Source: Macrostomum lignano (taxonomy: Eukaryota). Taken from it: 64,000 nucleotides of DNA. How positions within the stretch are numbered: position 1 is the first letter of the stretch; every line of letters begins with the position of its first letter. The DNA lies in NCBI GenBank assembly GCA_002269645.1, contig NIVC01001484.1, positions 62,001 through 126,000 of the forward strand. Reading direction: 5' to 3'. Both the position numbers and the translations under genes were made by a program. The notes under the pieces were generated by a model, which saw only the letters and a list, made by a program, of their open reading frames with translations, was not told where the DNA came from and did no database searches. This document shows positions 1 through 13,207 of this stretch, piece by piece.

Positions 1-869
<869 letters not shown>

Positions 870-939
870 GGTCTGTCTGCTCAGTGCTTGGGCGGGGAAC
901 TCGCGCATCCTACAGACCCTGTACTGTATGGTATTCTGC

Positions 940-1320
940 TTCTCTCTCTCCCCCTGCTTCTTTCTCTCCCTGCTTCTCTCTCTCCCTGCTTCTCTCTCTC
1001 CCTGCTTCTCTCTCTCCCTGCTTCTCTCTCTCCCTGCTTCTCTCTCTCCCTGCTTCTCTCTTCCTGCTTCTCTCTCTCCCTGCTTCTCTCTCTCCCTGCT
1101 TCTCTCTCTCCCTGCTTCTCTCTCTCCCTGCTTCTCTCTCCCTGCTTCTCTCTCTCCCTGCTTCTCTCCCTGCTTCTCTCTCTCCCTGCTTCTCTCTCTC
1201 CCTGCTTCTCTCTCTCCCTGCTTCTCTCTCCCTGCTTCTCTCTCCCTGCTTCTCTCTCTCCCTGCTTCTCTCTCTCCCTGCTTCTCTCTCCCTGCTTCTC
1301 TCTCTCCCTGCTTCCCTCCC
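940..1320. repeat. CT-rich minisatellite (CTCCCTGCTT(CT)n)
   Basis: Tandem 16-20 bp units; the source of the spurious ORFs 858-1448. Confidence 0.95.
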
Positions 1321-1944
1321 GACTTCTCAACATTAGCACTCACGCTGGCTCTCACTCATGCGAGAATCGCCAGTTGCACAAACGTGTTGTATTTCTGTTC
1401 AATTTTACCAGTTTTGTAGTTTTGCTTTGCTGTTTTTCCTGTTCTTAGCTGTTCAACAAAAATTGTTATAGATGCCCGAATCTGTGTAGAAAATTCTGAT
1501 TTCTCTCACCTGCTCTAGCACCCCCCGTCTGTCTGCTTGCTCATGCTTTATTTGTAGATACCATTTCCTGATTCTGACTTTTAGCGTATCGTCAAAAAAT
1601 GTTTTGTTTCCTTCTTTGTACCGTGTAGATAATGTTTTTGTACTTTAACTAGGCTGTGCTAGTGCTGTAATTGCAGCTTACTGCAGGCTGTGATCCACCT
1701 CTCCTGCTCTTACCTATTTTTGTCAAGGGATAATTCTTAAAAAACTTTTTGAGAGCATTTTCAGATGATGAAATGCCGGAGTTATTGTTTTTTGAATTTT
1801 TATTTGCCTACTAGTTTTACTTTTAGCAGAATATTTTATCATATTCATGCACTTTATGCCTTGAGTTTGATGCCACCTTTGTTTTGCTTGTTGCGCACCA
1901 GTTAAGCATGTTGATTTTCCACTCCAATGACCCCAACGACTCCA

Positions 1945-2855
1945 CTCCAATGTACACTCTGTGACCCCAACCCCTCCCCACTATAATGTACACTTTCTGA
2001 CCCCAACCCCATCCTCACTCCAATGTACACTCTCTGACCCCAACCCCATCCTCACTCCAATGTACACTCTCTGACCCCAACCCCATCCTCACTCCAATGT
2101 ACACTTTCTGACCCCAACCCCATCCTCACTCCAATGTACACTCTCTGACCCCAGCCCCATCCTCACTCCAATGTACACTCTGTGACCCCAACCCCTCCTC
2201 ACTCCAATGTACACTCTGTGACCCCAACCCCTCCTCACTCCAATGTACACTTTCTGACCCCAACCCCTCCCCACTCTAATTTACACTCTCTGACCCCAAC
2301 CACTCCCCACTCTAATTTACACTCTCTGACCCCAACCACTCCCCACTCTAATGTACACTCTCTGACCCCAACCCCTCCCCACTCTAATTTACACTCTGTG
2401 ACCCCAACCCCTCCCCACTCTAATGTACACTCTCTGACCCCAACCCCTCCCCACTCTAATGTACACTCTCTGACCCCAACCACTCCCCACTCTAATTTAC
2501 ACTCTCTGACCCCAACCCCTCCCCACTCTAATGTACACTTTCTGACCCCAACCCCTCCCCACTCCAATGTACACTTTCTGACCCCAACCCCTCCCCACTC
2601 TAATTTACACTCTCTGACCCCAACCACTCCCCACTCTAATGTACACTCTCTGACCCCAACCCCTCCCCACTCTAATTTACACTCTCTGACCCCAACCACT
2701 CCCCACTCTAATGTACACTCTCTGACCCCAACCCCTCCCAACTCTAATTTACACTCTCTGACCCCAACCCCTCCCCACTCTAATTTACACTCTCTGACCC
2801 CAACCACTCCCCACTCTAATGTACACTCTCTGACCCCAACCTCTCCCCCTCCAAT
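1945..2855. repeat. Minisatellite, ~36-bp unit TGACCCCAACCCCTCCCCACTCTAATGTACACTCTC
   Basis: Tandem copies; the 12-aa periodicity (LTPTPPHSNVHS) in the ORF track matches the unit length. Confidence 0.95.
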
Positions 2856-3850
2856 TTACTCTCACTACTCCTCCAGAGCCACCAAAATCTATAAACGTTC
2901 AGTTTTAGCAGCTAAAGTCTTGTATTTTCTGTCAGGGTCGTTTTTAAACCGGAATTATTCGTTTTCAACTTGATTTTTATATAGAAAATTTTATATGGAT
3001 GTTAGAAAAGCTTTAGATCAAGGTCTGTTGTGATTTTAATTATTATCTTACCTTGTGGTAATTTATTAATACTCTCTGGTATTTATTCTTGTTGACTAAT
3101 CTCGTGCTACATTCCAATTTTTCTGTTCGAATACTTGTGTACTTTTGTGATTGTTTTATTCCTCATTTATTTATGCATATTTTTAATGAATTCATTGACT
3201 GCTCCTCAGTTCTAGTGAAGCTCTTCACCTGCCGCTCCTAAGCTGTAATTCTCCTGGCTTGCGTACTTAACCCAGCAAGTATATTTGTGTGCACCTTAAT
3301 TGCATAAACTCCATACATTCCATTAATGTCCCTCAAACTCATGCTGATTGAAGCCATTGAAATCAGAAACAATATTTGTTTGAATTTACTAAAATCAAAT
3401 ACATGTACATCCTTGCGCTCTGTACAGCATAGCTTTGATAATGTGTAGCAATCCGATAAACTAATTGTGTACATGGTGTCCAGCTCCGTGTCTCCCTCGC
3501 TAATGGGCGGAGGGCTTGGGTAGAGTGCATGTGAACTGACCATTCAGTGGACTATGGAACAGCGTACATACTACTATGCACAGTAGCGGTTGCGTGCATT
3601 GTATATTGATGCATGGCTTTTGGTCTCGACAAATAACAAATAAAGAGTTGTTGCTGCGAGCCATGCAGTTTCAACCAGAACTGGGACGCAGTGTATGTAG
3701 CCTTCAATAAAAATAATATAAGCAAACTGATGCGGTACAGGTAGGGATTAACTGGTCATAAATCTGGTGCTCGATTAAATCCATGCACTTTTATCTGAGC
3801 GGATTTTTCTGTCAAAAAGGATTCAAAATGGTTGCCGTGCAGGGTGCAGG

Positions 3851-6800
3851 TCACTCCTGTTGCTGCTGCTGCACCGGCTCTTGTTGCTGCTGCTGCACTG
3901 GCTCTTGTTGCTCTTGCTGTTGCTGCTGCTGCTGCTGCGGCTCTTCACCTCCAGCGGCCTCGTCCGGCTTGGCTGCAAATAAAAACAGTTTCTTAGAATC
4001 TCTCGTATGTGCGCGAATTCAAAACTGTTTTTTGGAATGCCGAGATGCCAATTGGCTTCAGTGGAATGCCGAGATGCCAATTGGCTTCAGTGGAATGCTG
4101 AGATGCCAATTGGCTTCAGTGGAATGCTGAGATACCAAGAGGCTTCAGTGGAATGTTGAGATGCCAGGTCATTCAACGGGTTCCCTTCAATAATTTGACT
4201 CTTACCGTCACCCTCGCCCTGCTCGCCGGCCTGCCTCTCTTCCTCCAGGTGCTTCTCCTCCTCCACCAGCTTCTGGTTGACGTCCTGGATGGCCCGGTTG
4301 ATGGCGTCAATAGCAAGAGCGTTGTCAACGATGCGCGCGTGCTCTAGCGCGCTGTCGAAGTTGCCCGCCGCGCTGGCATAGTTCTTCAGACGGACCTCGC
4401 ACTGGGCCACCTGAAAATACATGTAGTAGTAGTGTAGTAGTAGTAGTAGTAGTAATAGTAAGCTGCAACACTATGGAATTACATCCAAATATAAAAGTAC
4501 AATCCCCCGCAACGCACCAGCACGTTGGTGTTCAGCAGCCACTGGTTGTCGCCCATCTGGTTGGCGTAGCTCAGCGCCTTCTCCGCCAGCTCCTTGGCCT
4601 TGTTGAATTCCTTGAGCTCCAGGTAGCAGCGGCTGATCTCGTGGTGCAACCAGGTGGACTCCATTGGGCTGAGGCTCTTGGAGGTCTCGAGCCGCTGCTC
4701 CCACACCTGGATGGCCTCGCTGAAGTGGCCCTGCTTGGCCAGCACCCGGCCGATGTTGTCCCTGGAGCGGGCCTGCGACTCCTCGAGTTCGTGCTCCTCG
4801 CCGATCTTCTGGTCGGCCTGGTGGCTGACCAGGGCCTGGTCGTATCGCTCCAGCTCGAACTGCGAGTTGCCAATCAGCGAGTGCAGGTTGGCGCGGATCT
4901 CCTCGCGATTCTGCAGGTCTTCTGGGCTCCACTTTTCCACCGTGCGCAGCAGGCGGGTGGCCTGCTTGATGGCCGCCTCGTGCTCGCCTGCGGTCTGCGG
5001 GGGTTAGGATTGGAGTCAGAGTGAAACTACAAAGTAAAGCGGAAATGGTGATACTACAAAGACAACAGCTACAAAGACTACAGCTATAAAGACTACTACA
5101 GCTACAAAGACTATACAGCTACAAAGCTATAAATACTGCAGCTACAAAGACTGCAGCTACAAAGACTACAGCTACAAAGACTGCAGCTACAAAGACTACA
5201 GCTACAAAGACTGCATCTACAAAGACTACAGCTACAAAGACTGCATCTACAAAGACTACAGCTACAAAGACTGCATCTACAAAGACTACAGCTACAAAGA
5301 CTTCATCTACAAAGACTACAGCTACAAAGACTGCATCTACAAAGACTACAGCTACAAAGACTGCATCTACAAAGACTACAGCTACAAAGACTGCATCTAC
5401 AAAGACTACAGCTACAAAGACTGCAGCTACAAAGACTACAGCTACAAAGACTACTACAGCTACAAAGACTACAGCTATAAATACTGCAGCTACATGTACA
5501 AAGACTGCAGACTGAACGAGTAAAGTTTCTAAAAGTTTGGCTACAACTGTTTTGTTTACAAATACGCTCGATGAAAATATGAGCGAAGTTACAAACACCT
5601 GCTGAAATGTAACTTTCAAGCAACAAAATCTCGTGCCCACCTGCTTGTTGTCGATCTCCTCCAATGTGGCAATGACGTACTTGGCGGCGCTGCTTTTGTC
5701 CTTCTCGGCGGCCTCTCGCGTCGCCGATTTTTTGCGACTGTACAGCGGCTTCTGTTGCTGCCAGAACTCCGAGCGGCTGTCCAGGTAGTTCAGGCCCTCG
5801 ATGCACAGGTCCTGGATCTTCTCGCTGTGCTCAGTTTTTCGAGCCTTAGCCGACTCCTCGCGCAGCAGCTTCTCGAGGTACTCGCGATCGGCATACAGGT
5901 CTCCGAGCATCTTCTTGATGGTCTTGGAGTCCGCTGGCGCCTTGTTGCGCTGAGCTCGCTTCGGCCCGCTGTCCTCCTTCTTGGGCTTCTGGTAGCTGGA
6001 CCGGGCGGCCGGCTTCTTCTTCTGCAAGCAGAAATTGTTTGCTTCAGATTGAAGAGATTCCAATTTAAACAGATTTCGACTGTCCCATGCAGGTCAACAT
6101 GCACTTTAAAGTACAGGTAAAATCTGTTGACTCCAGCGACATCGTAGGCCAAACAGCATTGAAGCGATTCTGCCCATTCTGCAGACTCCTGAGCACACAG
6201 AAGCGCACCAGGGCTGTACGCAGGCACACACTCGTACACGCTCACGCAGGGTGTACAATGCATGTACACTCCCTTGGGTGTGAAAACTGTCCAAACTCCC
6301 AGGTTACCAAAACACAGAGCCAATCACAATGGTGCACAACATGACATTCTGAACATTGCAGGCCTGCCTTTATGCCTTGAACAAATATGATATTACGATT
6401 AGATATACACTGTACATGTAGATACATTAAAACTTTCAACTTGTTAAATTAAAGCATAAATATTGTCAAAAGCGGGTTGAGCCACGGTTGGCAATTATCA
6501 TGCGATATCAAGCAGGAGATGAATCAATAATTCAGAATTGCACGTCACTCATAAATCAATAATCCGTCAATAGTTATGTGACAAATTAAATCGGCAATTC
6601 AATTATTCTTCAACGCTTCCAGAAAGTTTTTTTTTAGAAATTACACGTGGAATTCAACAACCAAAAAGCACTTCAACGGTTGTCAACGAGCACACGAGGG
6701 TGTAGCATAGGCAGCTTCTTTCACTTCTAAATCATCCAAGTGGCCTTACCGTTAGCTGCAAAATGGGATGCGATCAATGAAATTTAAATTAATATTGTAC

Positions 6801-9800
6801 TCATACTCAAATAAGCCAAAAATATCAAATCTTCAGCAAAGATGGCAAAACTTCAAATTAAGCAAAATCTTGAATGGTCTTGTCGAAGTTTAGAAATCAG
6901 TGGTAACTATGCGGTGTTCGGGTTTCGGGTTGGGTTTTTGGTCAGGTTTCGGGTTGGGTTTTGGGTCAGGTTTCGGGTTGGGTCTTGGGTCAGGTTTCGG
7001 GTCAGGTTTCGGGTTGGGTTTTGGGTCAGGTTTTGGGTTGGGTTTTGGGTCAGGTTTTGGGTCAGGTTTCGGGTCAGGTTTCGGGTCAGGTTTTGGGTCA
7101 GGTTTCGGGTCAGGTTTCGGGTCAGGTTTTGGGTCATTTTTCGGGTCAGGCTTTGGGTCGGGTTTCTGGTCAGGTTTCAGGTCAGGTTTCGGGTCGGGTT
7201 TCGGTTATTTTTAGGGTCAGGTTTCAGGTCAGTTTCCGCGTCAGGTTTCGAGTCGGGTTTCGGTCATTTTTAGGGTCGGGTTTCGGGTCGGGTTTCGGGC
7301 CTGGGGTTAAGTTTTGGAATTCCTAGGAGTGCCTAGAGATGAAGGCATGCTGACTTACGAGAGCCTAATTGAGCTGATAGGTGAAGCTACAGGGGTATAA
7401 AGTACTCTGACTACTTTGCTCCCTCTTCCTAAGTTTCTCCACTTTAAGAATAAAAATTAACGGGGAAATTCTACTGGAATGGAACTGAGTAGTATATTCC
7501 GGGTGTAATTTACATTTATAGGCTTTGCAAAGCTTGCAAATTAAAATTGGCAGTTATGCAAGGGTCCTTGCAGAGTAAACTGTTGGAGTGGGCCGAGTGC
7601 AATGAGCAAATTACCTCATTAGACGAGCCATCAGTCTGCAACAGTGCAAATTCACCAAAAATGCATTGAAATGAAATAGCAGCACACTGGGTAGGCATGC
7701 ACCATGACTGTTAGTAGCAATTAGTAATATAGACGTTTCATAGCAACAAGACCTTGAGAGTCGAATGCCTTTGCTACTGTCTAGATTAAAAATACCACTG
7801 AATCTAAACACGGATAATGATTTAAGCCAAGAACTAATTTAAATATGAAAATAAGTATGGGCGTTGATACTACTGATAGTAATATACGCATTGCATGTTG
7901 ACCTGCACCCAAAAGCGAACTGTATAGGTAAGCAAAACGCCACGTACCGCTGAAGCAGCAGGGCGCTGCACATTTCTGGAAAATTTTCCAAGAAACAAGG
8001 TTTCGTGTCCTTCTACTTGAGGAGTCCTTGGTTGCGCCATAGACAAATTCTGTCTATAAAAATCCACTGAAGACTTCCCAACCTTGCTTCCCAGTTTGGC
8101 AGGATTTTTTTAGTTTCAGCGTCCTGCTGCTTCAGTTTTGCCCGCGCCAAATCCTTGGCAAAATATTAAGCTTCAGCGCAGAATTAAGAGGCTAATTTTC
8201 TATCAACATTTTAGTTGCTAGGCGGCTCCCGGTCTCAGAGTCTTAAGCTGTGCGCGCTGAGACCCGGGCAACCAGCTGACCTGATCGCTCATGGGTGCCG
8301 CGTGGCTTCTTCGGCCCGTCTGACCCGCGCCTCCATCCTGCTTTGCCTCTGAAAACTTCAAGCAGAAACGTGTTGTTCCCCCGGGGGAGAAGCTTAGAGA
8401 ACAAAGCGTCGCTACTACTCACTCCGCATTATTAGCAGTAGTATATTAACAAAAAATATTCCAACACGCAAATAATTAGGAATAAACTTCATTCAAAAAG
8501 TGTGGATGGTTGATCCGTGTTGATGAAAGTTGGGTGCTTAAATTGTTAGTTTATGAAAAATACTACTGAAAATGCAAGCCAAATAATAGTAGTATATTAC
8601 AATAATTTAAAGAATACAAATTTACCTCCTCAGCTGCGTAGAAAAACGACAGGTCACCGTCGGATCTCAATTTGATGACGGACGGGTCTGGAATGCAGGG
8701 CAGGGAAGCGATTCGATAATTAAAAATGCTTTTATCTTTACTATGAGTAGAGCAGTCAGGATATTGCTTGCGGCCACACCCACCTCCGACACTGTTATTG
8801 ATGGCCTCCTCGGCCTTCTGGATGCCCAGCCGGAACTCCTCCATCTCCGGGCGCAGCTTGTGGCCTCGGTGGTAGAACACCAGCGCGTTCTCAAAGTCGC
8901 CCTTGAAGTACAGAACTTCGGCCTTTTGAAATATTCCCTGGCGGAGAATAATAAGATAGACATTGTGGCGGATGGTTTCAAAGTGCCTCAAAGTTTCTTG
9001 ATAAAATAGGTATTTTTTTTAAATATGAAACAATAAAAATGATTTATAACATATGATATTTAAAGTTCACCTTGTGAAAGGCGGCGTCCTCCTTTAGGCT
9101 CTCCTCAGCATCGGCCAGGGCCTTGGCGATGTTGCCCTCATTGAGGTAGCACTTCGAACGATTCACCAGGCAGTACTGATCGCCTGGCTTCATTTCTAGT
9201 GCCTAAAATAAGTATTGGTGTTAAAATGTCAATATATATATTTTTAAACCAAACATGATCGCATAGATACAAATAAAATTAGTAAAATAAATAAAATACT
9301 ATTTTTAGTAAAAATAGACAATCAGGAAAATGCCTTATTTAACTAATATATTTCCTTTTGACTTCTTATAAAACTCATAAGCATGCATCATTTTAGAATT
9401 ATCGTTGAGAACATTTATTTATATAAATGGCCAAAATTTTCTTCAATTTGAAGTTTATGTCATGTTATGGTTTTAAAAAATAATTATATAAGTATCAAAT
9501 AATTACTATATAAAACTTATTTTTGCAATATTTAAAATTCTAACGAATTGATAAAATGGATTCATTTCTTCCTTCTTTTGCAGGCTTCCACTGCCTCTAA
9601 ATATAAAAGAGATACTATTGAAATATTAAAAAAATCTTCAATAAGTAATATCTAAAACTGTTCAATGCTACAGAAAATCAGTTAAAATGTTGTCATACTG
9701 CCTGAATTTCTATACCTGGGTGACATGTTCTGTGTAAAAAATATAGTTAGATAATATAATTGCCTCTGTGAAACTGCCGAAAACTTTATGTAGTAGAAAT

Positions 9801-10008
9801 TTTATAGCCGTTTCAGTTTAAAAAAAGTAATAAAACAACAGTTTACGCCAGCTGCAGGCTTAGTTCTTACCTGTGTGTAACATTCGATTGCTTTAAGAAA
9901 GCTTTTGTTTCGGAACTGAGAATCACCTTCAGCGCGGTAGATTTCAAATGTACTCTTTGGAATCTTACCGTGCTCTGACTCAGAGCCTGCATCGTCTTGT
10001 CGCGGCAT
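3851..10008 (-). CDS. ODAD4: TTC25/ODAD4, outer dynein arm docking complex TPR protein; 8 exons, ~556 aa
   Basis: Exons 10008-9871, 9202-9071, 8937-8784, 8687-8626, 6021-5641, 4994-4518, 4410-4206 and 3972-3851, all GT-AG and in phase (1671 nt). Motifs [55 protein letters not shown] and [17 protein letters not shown] match TTC25. Q/E-rich tail ends at TGA 3851-3853. Confidence 0.93.
4031..4165. repeat. Short 29-bp tandem repeat in TTC25 intron 7
   Basis: TGGAATGCCGAGATGCCAATTGGCTTCAG, about 4 copies. Confidence 0.85.
5050..5505. repeat. 15/30-bp minisatellite (CTACAAAGACTACAG) in TTC25 intron 5
   Basis: Tandem copies; gives the [10 protein letters not shown] tail of ORF 5119..6063. Confidence 0.95.
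6915..7305. repeat. 12-bp minisatellite (TCAGGTTTCGGG) in TTC25 intron 4
   Basis: Degenerate tandem copies. Confidence 0.93.
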
Positions 10009-11315
10009 TTTTGTTGTCAAGCCTTACAATAAAAGTGGCTATCTATAGGTACAGTATATACCGAACGGACAAAAATTGCGATGGAAATGAAAATTGAATT
10101 GCACTGAAACGATAGTAGAAATGTGTAAGTGTCATGGATACGAAAAGTAAGTTTTAATCTGAATTCGAGTTGCTAAACAAAGTGTTTTACTAGGACTACA
10201 AAAATAAGAAAAACCTAATTTAATGCAATTTTTTGTTTCCAGTAAGACTAATTTGTTATAACCGTCATGAAAAATTGTTGCGCGACATTCACGAGATTGA
10301 TTAGAAATAATATACACCCAGATATATGCCCAACGTTAATTTGTTAATTTCAATCCAGAAGTTTAGACCTGGACTCAGACTGAAGTAATATTTCCTGATA
10401 AATTTTGATAGTATCAACATGCGGTTTTAGCTAGATCTGAGATATTTTCGCGTTCACTAGCTCGTGTAACTGCATGTATATGCATGTATACTACAGTGGT
10501 CCTTGTGATAAAATGCATCCATATCCACGTCTTTATACATGTATATCCATGACTATGCAGATATGTACATATTCGAAAAAATATATGAACACAGGTTCAT
10601 CTCTTCATGAGCCTCTTAATTTTGCTAAAAGTGCCTTATGTTTTGATCGAGTCCTAGCCGATCGAGTCCTTAGGAATGTTCCTAAAGTACGTGGGGAAGT
10701 TATCTCTTTAAAATACAAAAAACTTAGGAACAGTTCCGAACAAAATTAAACTTATAAAATATAGCGATACAACTTTAAGCAGCTTTGGCCTCGAGATCAG
10801 AGCTTTTAGCGCATTTAGCTGAAAAATACTATTTATTGCTATAGAGTCAGTGCATGCCATGCACACACACATATACACTGCATTCACTGCAGCTGCATCT
10901 ATGTAAAAGTAAAAATGAATAATCACACTGGTTGTAATTAGTTTTTTTCATTAATTTATTGTTTTACATACGATGCAGACTATTAAAATTTACTTCTAAA
11001 CACTGCGCTTTATTTTATTGTCTAATAAATAAATCCAGCCTTTTAAAAAAATTTTGTACTCGTAGACTTGCTATAATTTAACTCACGTGATAGAGAACTG
11101 TACCATTTAAAAAAATTAAACTACTACATGAAAAAGTAGTTATTATTTACGCATGTACATATTGAGCAGATCAATCAAATGACGCGGCACCAGAGTAAAA
11201 AACACCCCAGTTGGAAAGATCATATAATATTTCCATTTAGCAAATTACATTTAGGAATTGAACATTTAATAGCCTTTCAGCAAGTATATTCGAAAATTGA
11301 CTCTGAGCAGATTGG

Positions 11316-11540
11316 CTACACATCTCCAGAAGGCCTGCCGGTGTCTCTGACATGCTGCAGTTTCTTCCTGGCCGCCAGGTAGGCGAGGCACTCCGAGCAC
11401 AGCTGCTGCAGTTTCTCGCCCTGCTGCGTCATCCGAGGACTCGCCTGAAGCTGCCGATTCAGCTGTTCCAGGTATTGGGCATCGGTGCGATGCTCTCTGC
11501 TGTACCTGGCTTTTATCTGCTGGTTTTTTGCAGGTGACAT
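11316..11540 (-). CDS. Small ORF (74 aa) or exon homologous to the central helical segment of TTC25
   Basis: ATG 11540-11538, TAG 11318-11316. Residues encoded by 11486-11367 align without gaps to TTC25 residues encoded by 5892-5773 at 19/40 identity. The 5' structure is uncertain. Confidence 0.6.
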   Translation of the reverse strand: MSPAKNQQIKARYSREHRTDAQYLEQLNRQLQASPRMTQQGEKLQQLCSECLAYLAARKKLQHVRDTGRPSGDV

Positions 11541-12289
11541 CGACAGACAGCAGCGTCCGCGGTAGGTCAGCAGTTATCCACAATGATAAGCCCGGGGTTC
11601 TGGGCCTCTGCTATATGAACTCTCAGGCCTACATTTTGACAATGGGGATTTTGTGACGCAGGCCCCCAATCCAGTGTCCCATATGCATTGTCCTGCGTTC
11701 ACTGCACGTTCAAGCGCGAGCCTGAAGGGTTGTGTAGAATGCCACCATTGTCCCTAAACTGGTACCTGCACTTCTAGTTGAAGCTTGCAAGAAGCTGCCG
11801 GGACCTCTTCAGTAAACATGAACACAGAAAGTCTCGATGTCATCAATGAAGTTAACAGTTTCATTGTTGCTGGCAATCCGCACAATTTCTTTTGTGCAAA
11901 TTTACACTGGCCTGTACGGCAAGCAAGACTGCTGTGCGTGAGCCAACAACAGGCTTATTAAAATGAGGAAGTTTTTTTAAACACTCAATGCTATTGGCAG
12001 TTGCAGCTTCCGCTGAATGCCTTTGGCAGACAATGCCAAGGCTGGCAACCAGGAGCTTCTCTGAATGAACTTCGTAGAGGCACCAAAACTCAATGCTGTT
12101 AGTTGATGGAAGGCTTCCTAAAGGCAGTGATTTTTGCTCTCGCCACTTACTTAGCTCTCTTTTTTTCCGTTTTAGCCAGTTTTCAATGGGAGCCTTCGGT
12201 TGCTGCAGCAAATTGAGCTGGCAGTCAAGCAGCAGCCAAGCAGTCATGTCCATTCCGCCGACCCCTGAGTTCGTTTACAAGAAAAGTTA

Positions 12290-12368
12290 GACTCCTGTGC
12301 ACAAGCTCAAATTCCTGGGTGTTCAGTCGAAAGAGTCAGGCGCGTTACCACTGAGCTGAGCTGCCCTC
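12290..12368 (-). mobile_element. Degenerate tRNA-like head (possible second SINE family remnant)
   Basis: Minus strand GGGCAGCTCAGCTCAGTGGTAACGCGCCTGACT has an A-box-like AGCTCAGTGG; the B-box region is degenerate. Confidence 0.35.
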
Positions 12369-12464
12369 GCGCTCCTCTGGCGTCAAGATCCATGACGCCA
12401 TGCAAGCAAGCAAGCTTCTGCATACAAGTTACTCCGCTCATCTGCTGTACCCCCTATCTGCTAG

Positions 12465-12765
12465 GGGGTTGTAGCCTAGTGGCTAGAGAGTCGGACTCAG
12501 GACTTGAAGGTCGGGGGTTCGATTTCCGATCCAAGTGGAACAATCTGGTGTCCTTGAGCAAGACACTTAACTCTGCATTGCTTCAGTTCGACCGGCTGTA
12601 AAATGTTAAAGGCTGTCTTAGCTCTGAGGGAGTGTGTAGCGACCCCCCAGTCCTTGGACAGAACAGCCGTATGCAGCCTTCAGATGCGCCGCGCAATAGC
12701 TGCGGCTGAGCTGTCGGTTGCACATCTGGCCCAATTGTGGCAGGTGTAATCGATTATTATTATTA
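12465..12765 (+). mobile_element. tRNA-derived SINE with CORE (MIR-like) central domain, copy 1
   Basis: A box TAGCCTAGTGG, B box GGTTCGATTTCC, then GTGTCCTTGAGCAAGACACTTAACTCT...CTTCAGTT...CTGTAAAATG, a unique 3' body and an (ATT)n tail. An inverted second copy lies at ~22985-23298. Confidence 0.8.
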
Positions 12766-13207
12766 CTATCTGATGAGTTTATACAGGCATGAGAGCTCAT
12801 TTTACAGCCACAATCAGGCAATCAAGCATTGAGACAGCTGACTTTTTTGCTGTCTCCGACTAACTACTCAAAGCATATTGCTAAATTTCTGCTCTGAAAT
12901 AATGAAAGCATGAAAACCTTGAAAATCGATAATTCTAAAGGCAAATTCTAGTATCGCAAGTTAGTTCCCTGCTTTGCTTTGCATGAAATCGCCTAGTCGC
13001 AGAATACATCTTGTATCAATCTTTATTAGCTGATCATGGACGCAGAAAAATACGTTTTTTAAAAAGCGGCGAGTTCGCGCGGTTCAAGTTCTGCATACAG
13101 CAGAGCTCTCTGGAATTCGTGTGTTGCACAATATACTGAATGTACAGCAATAACTGACTTTGAATCAGGTCATTGTCACCAAGTATTGAGTGGGCAGAGT
13201 AAGCGGC

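Noticed and set aside
4087-4205. TTC25 ending by read-through to the stop at 4087
   Set aside because: A good donor (G|GTAAGA at 4205) and an in-phase acceptor at 3973 give a Q/E-rich final exon; the read-through runs into a 29-bp repeat.
5119-5640. Hydrophobic VFVAV tail suggesting a membrane TTC25
   Set aside because: It is an intronic 15-bp repeat beyond the CAG|GTGGGC donor at 5640.
11861-12253. 130-aa ORF (MDMTAWLL...)
   Set aside because: No recognisable motif. It contains a GTAAGT donor at 12150 and could be an upstream exon, but I could not build a supported model.
12465-12540. Possible tRNA genes here and at 23225-23298
   Set aside because: The two copies differ in the anticodon loop (CAG vs CAC), have imperfect stems and continue into a shared ~230-bp body, so they are SINE heads.
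12600-12765. SINE 3' tail as partner of the LINE at 29621-31608
   Set aside because: No visible similarity to the LINE 3' UTR, and the tails differ ((ATT)n vs (TAAG)n).
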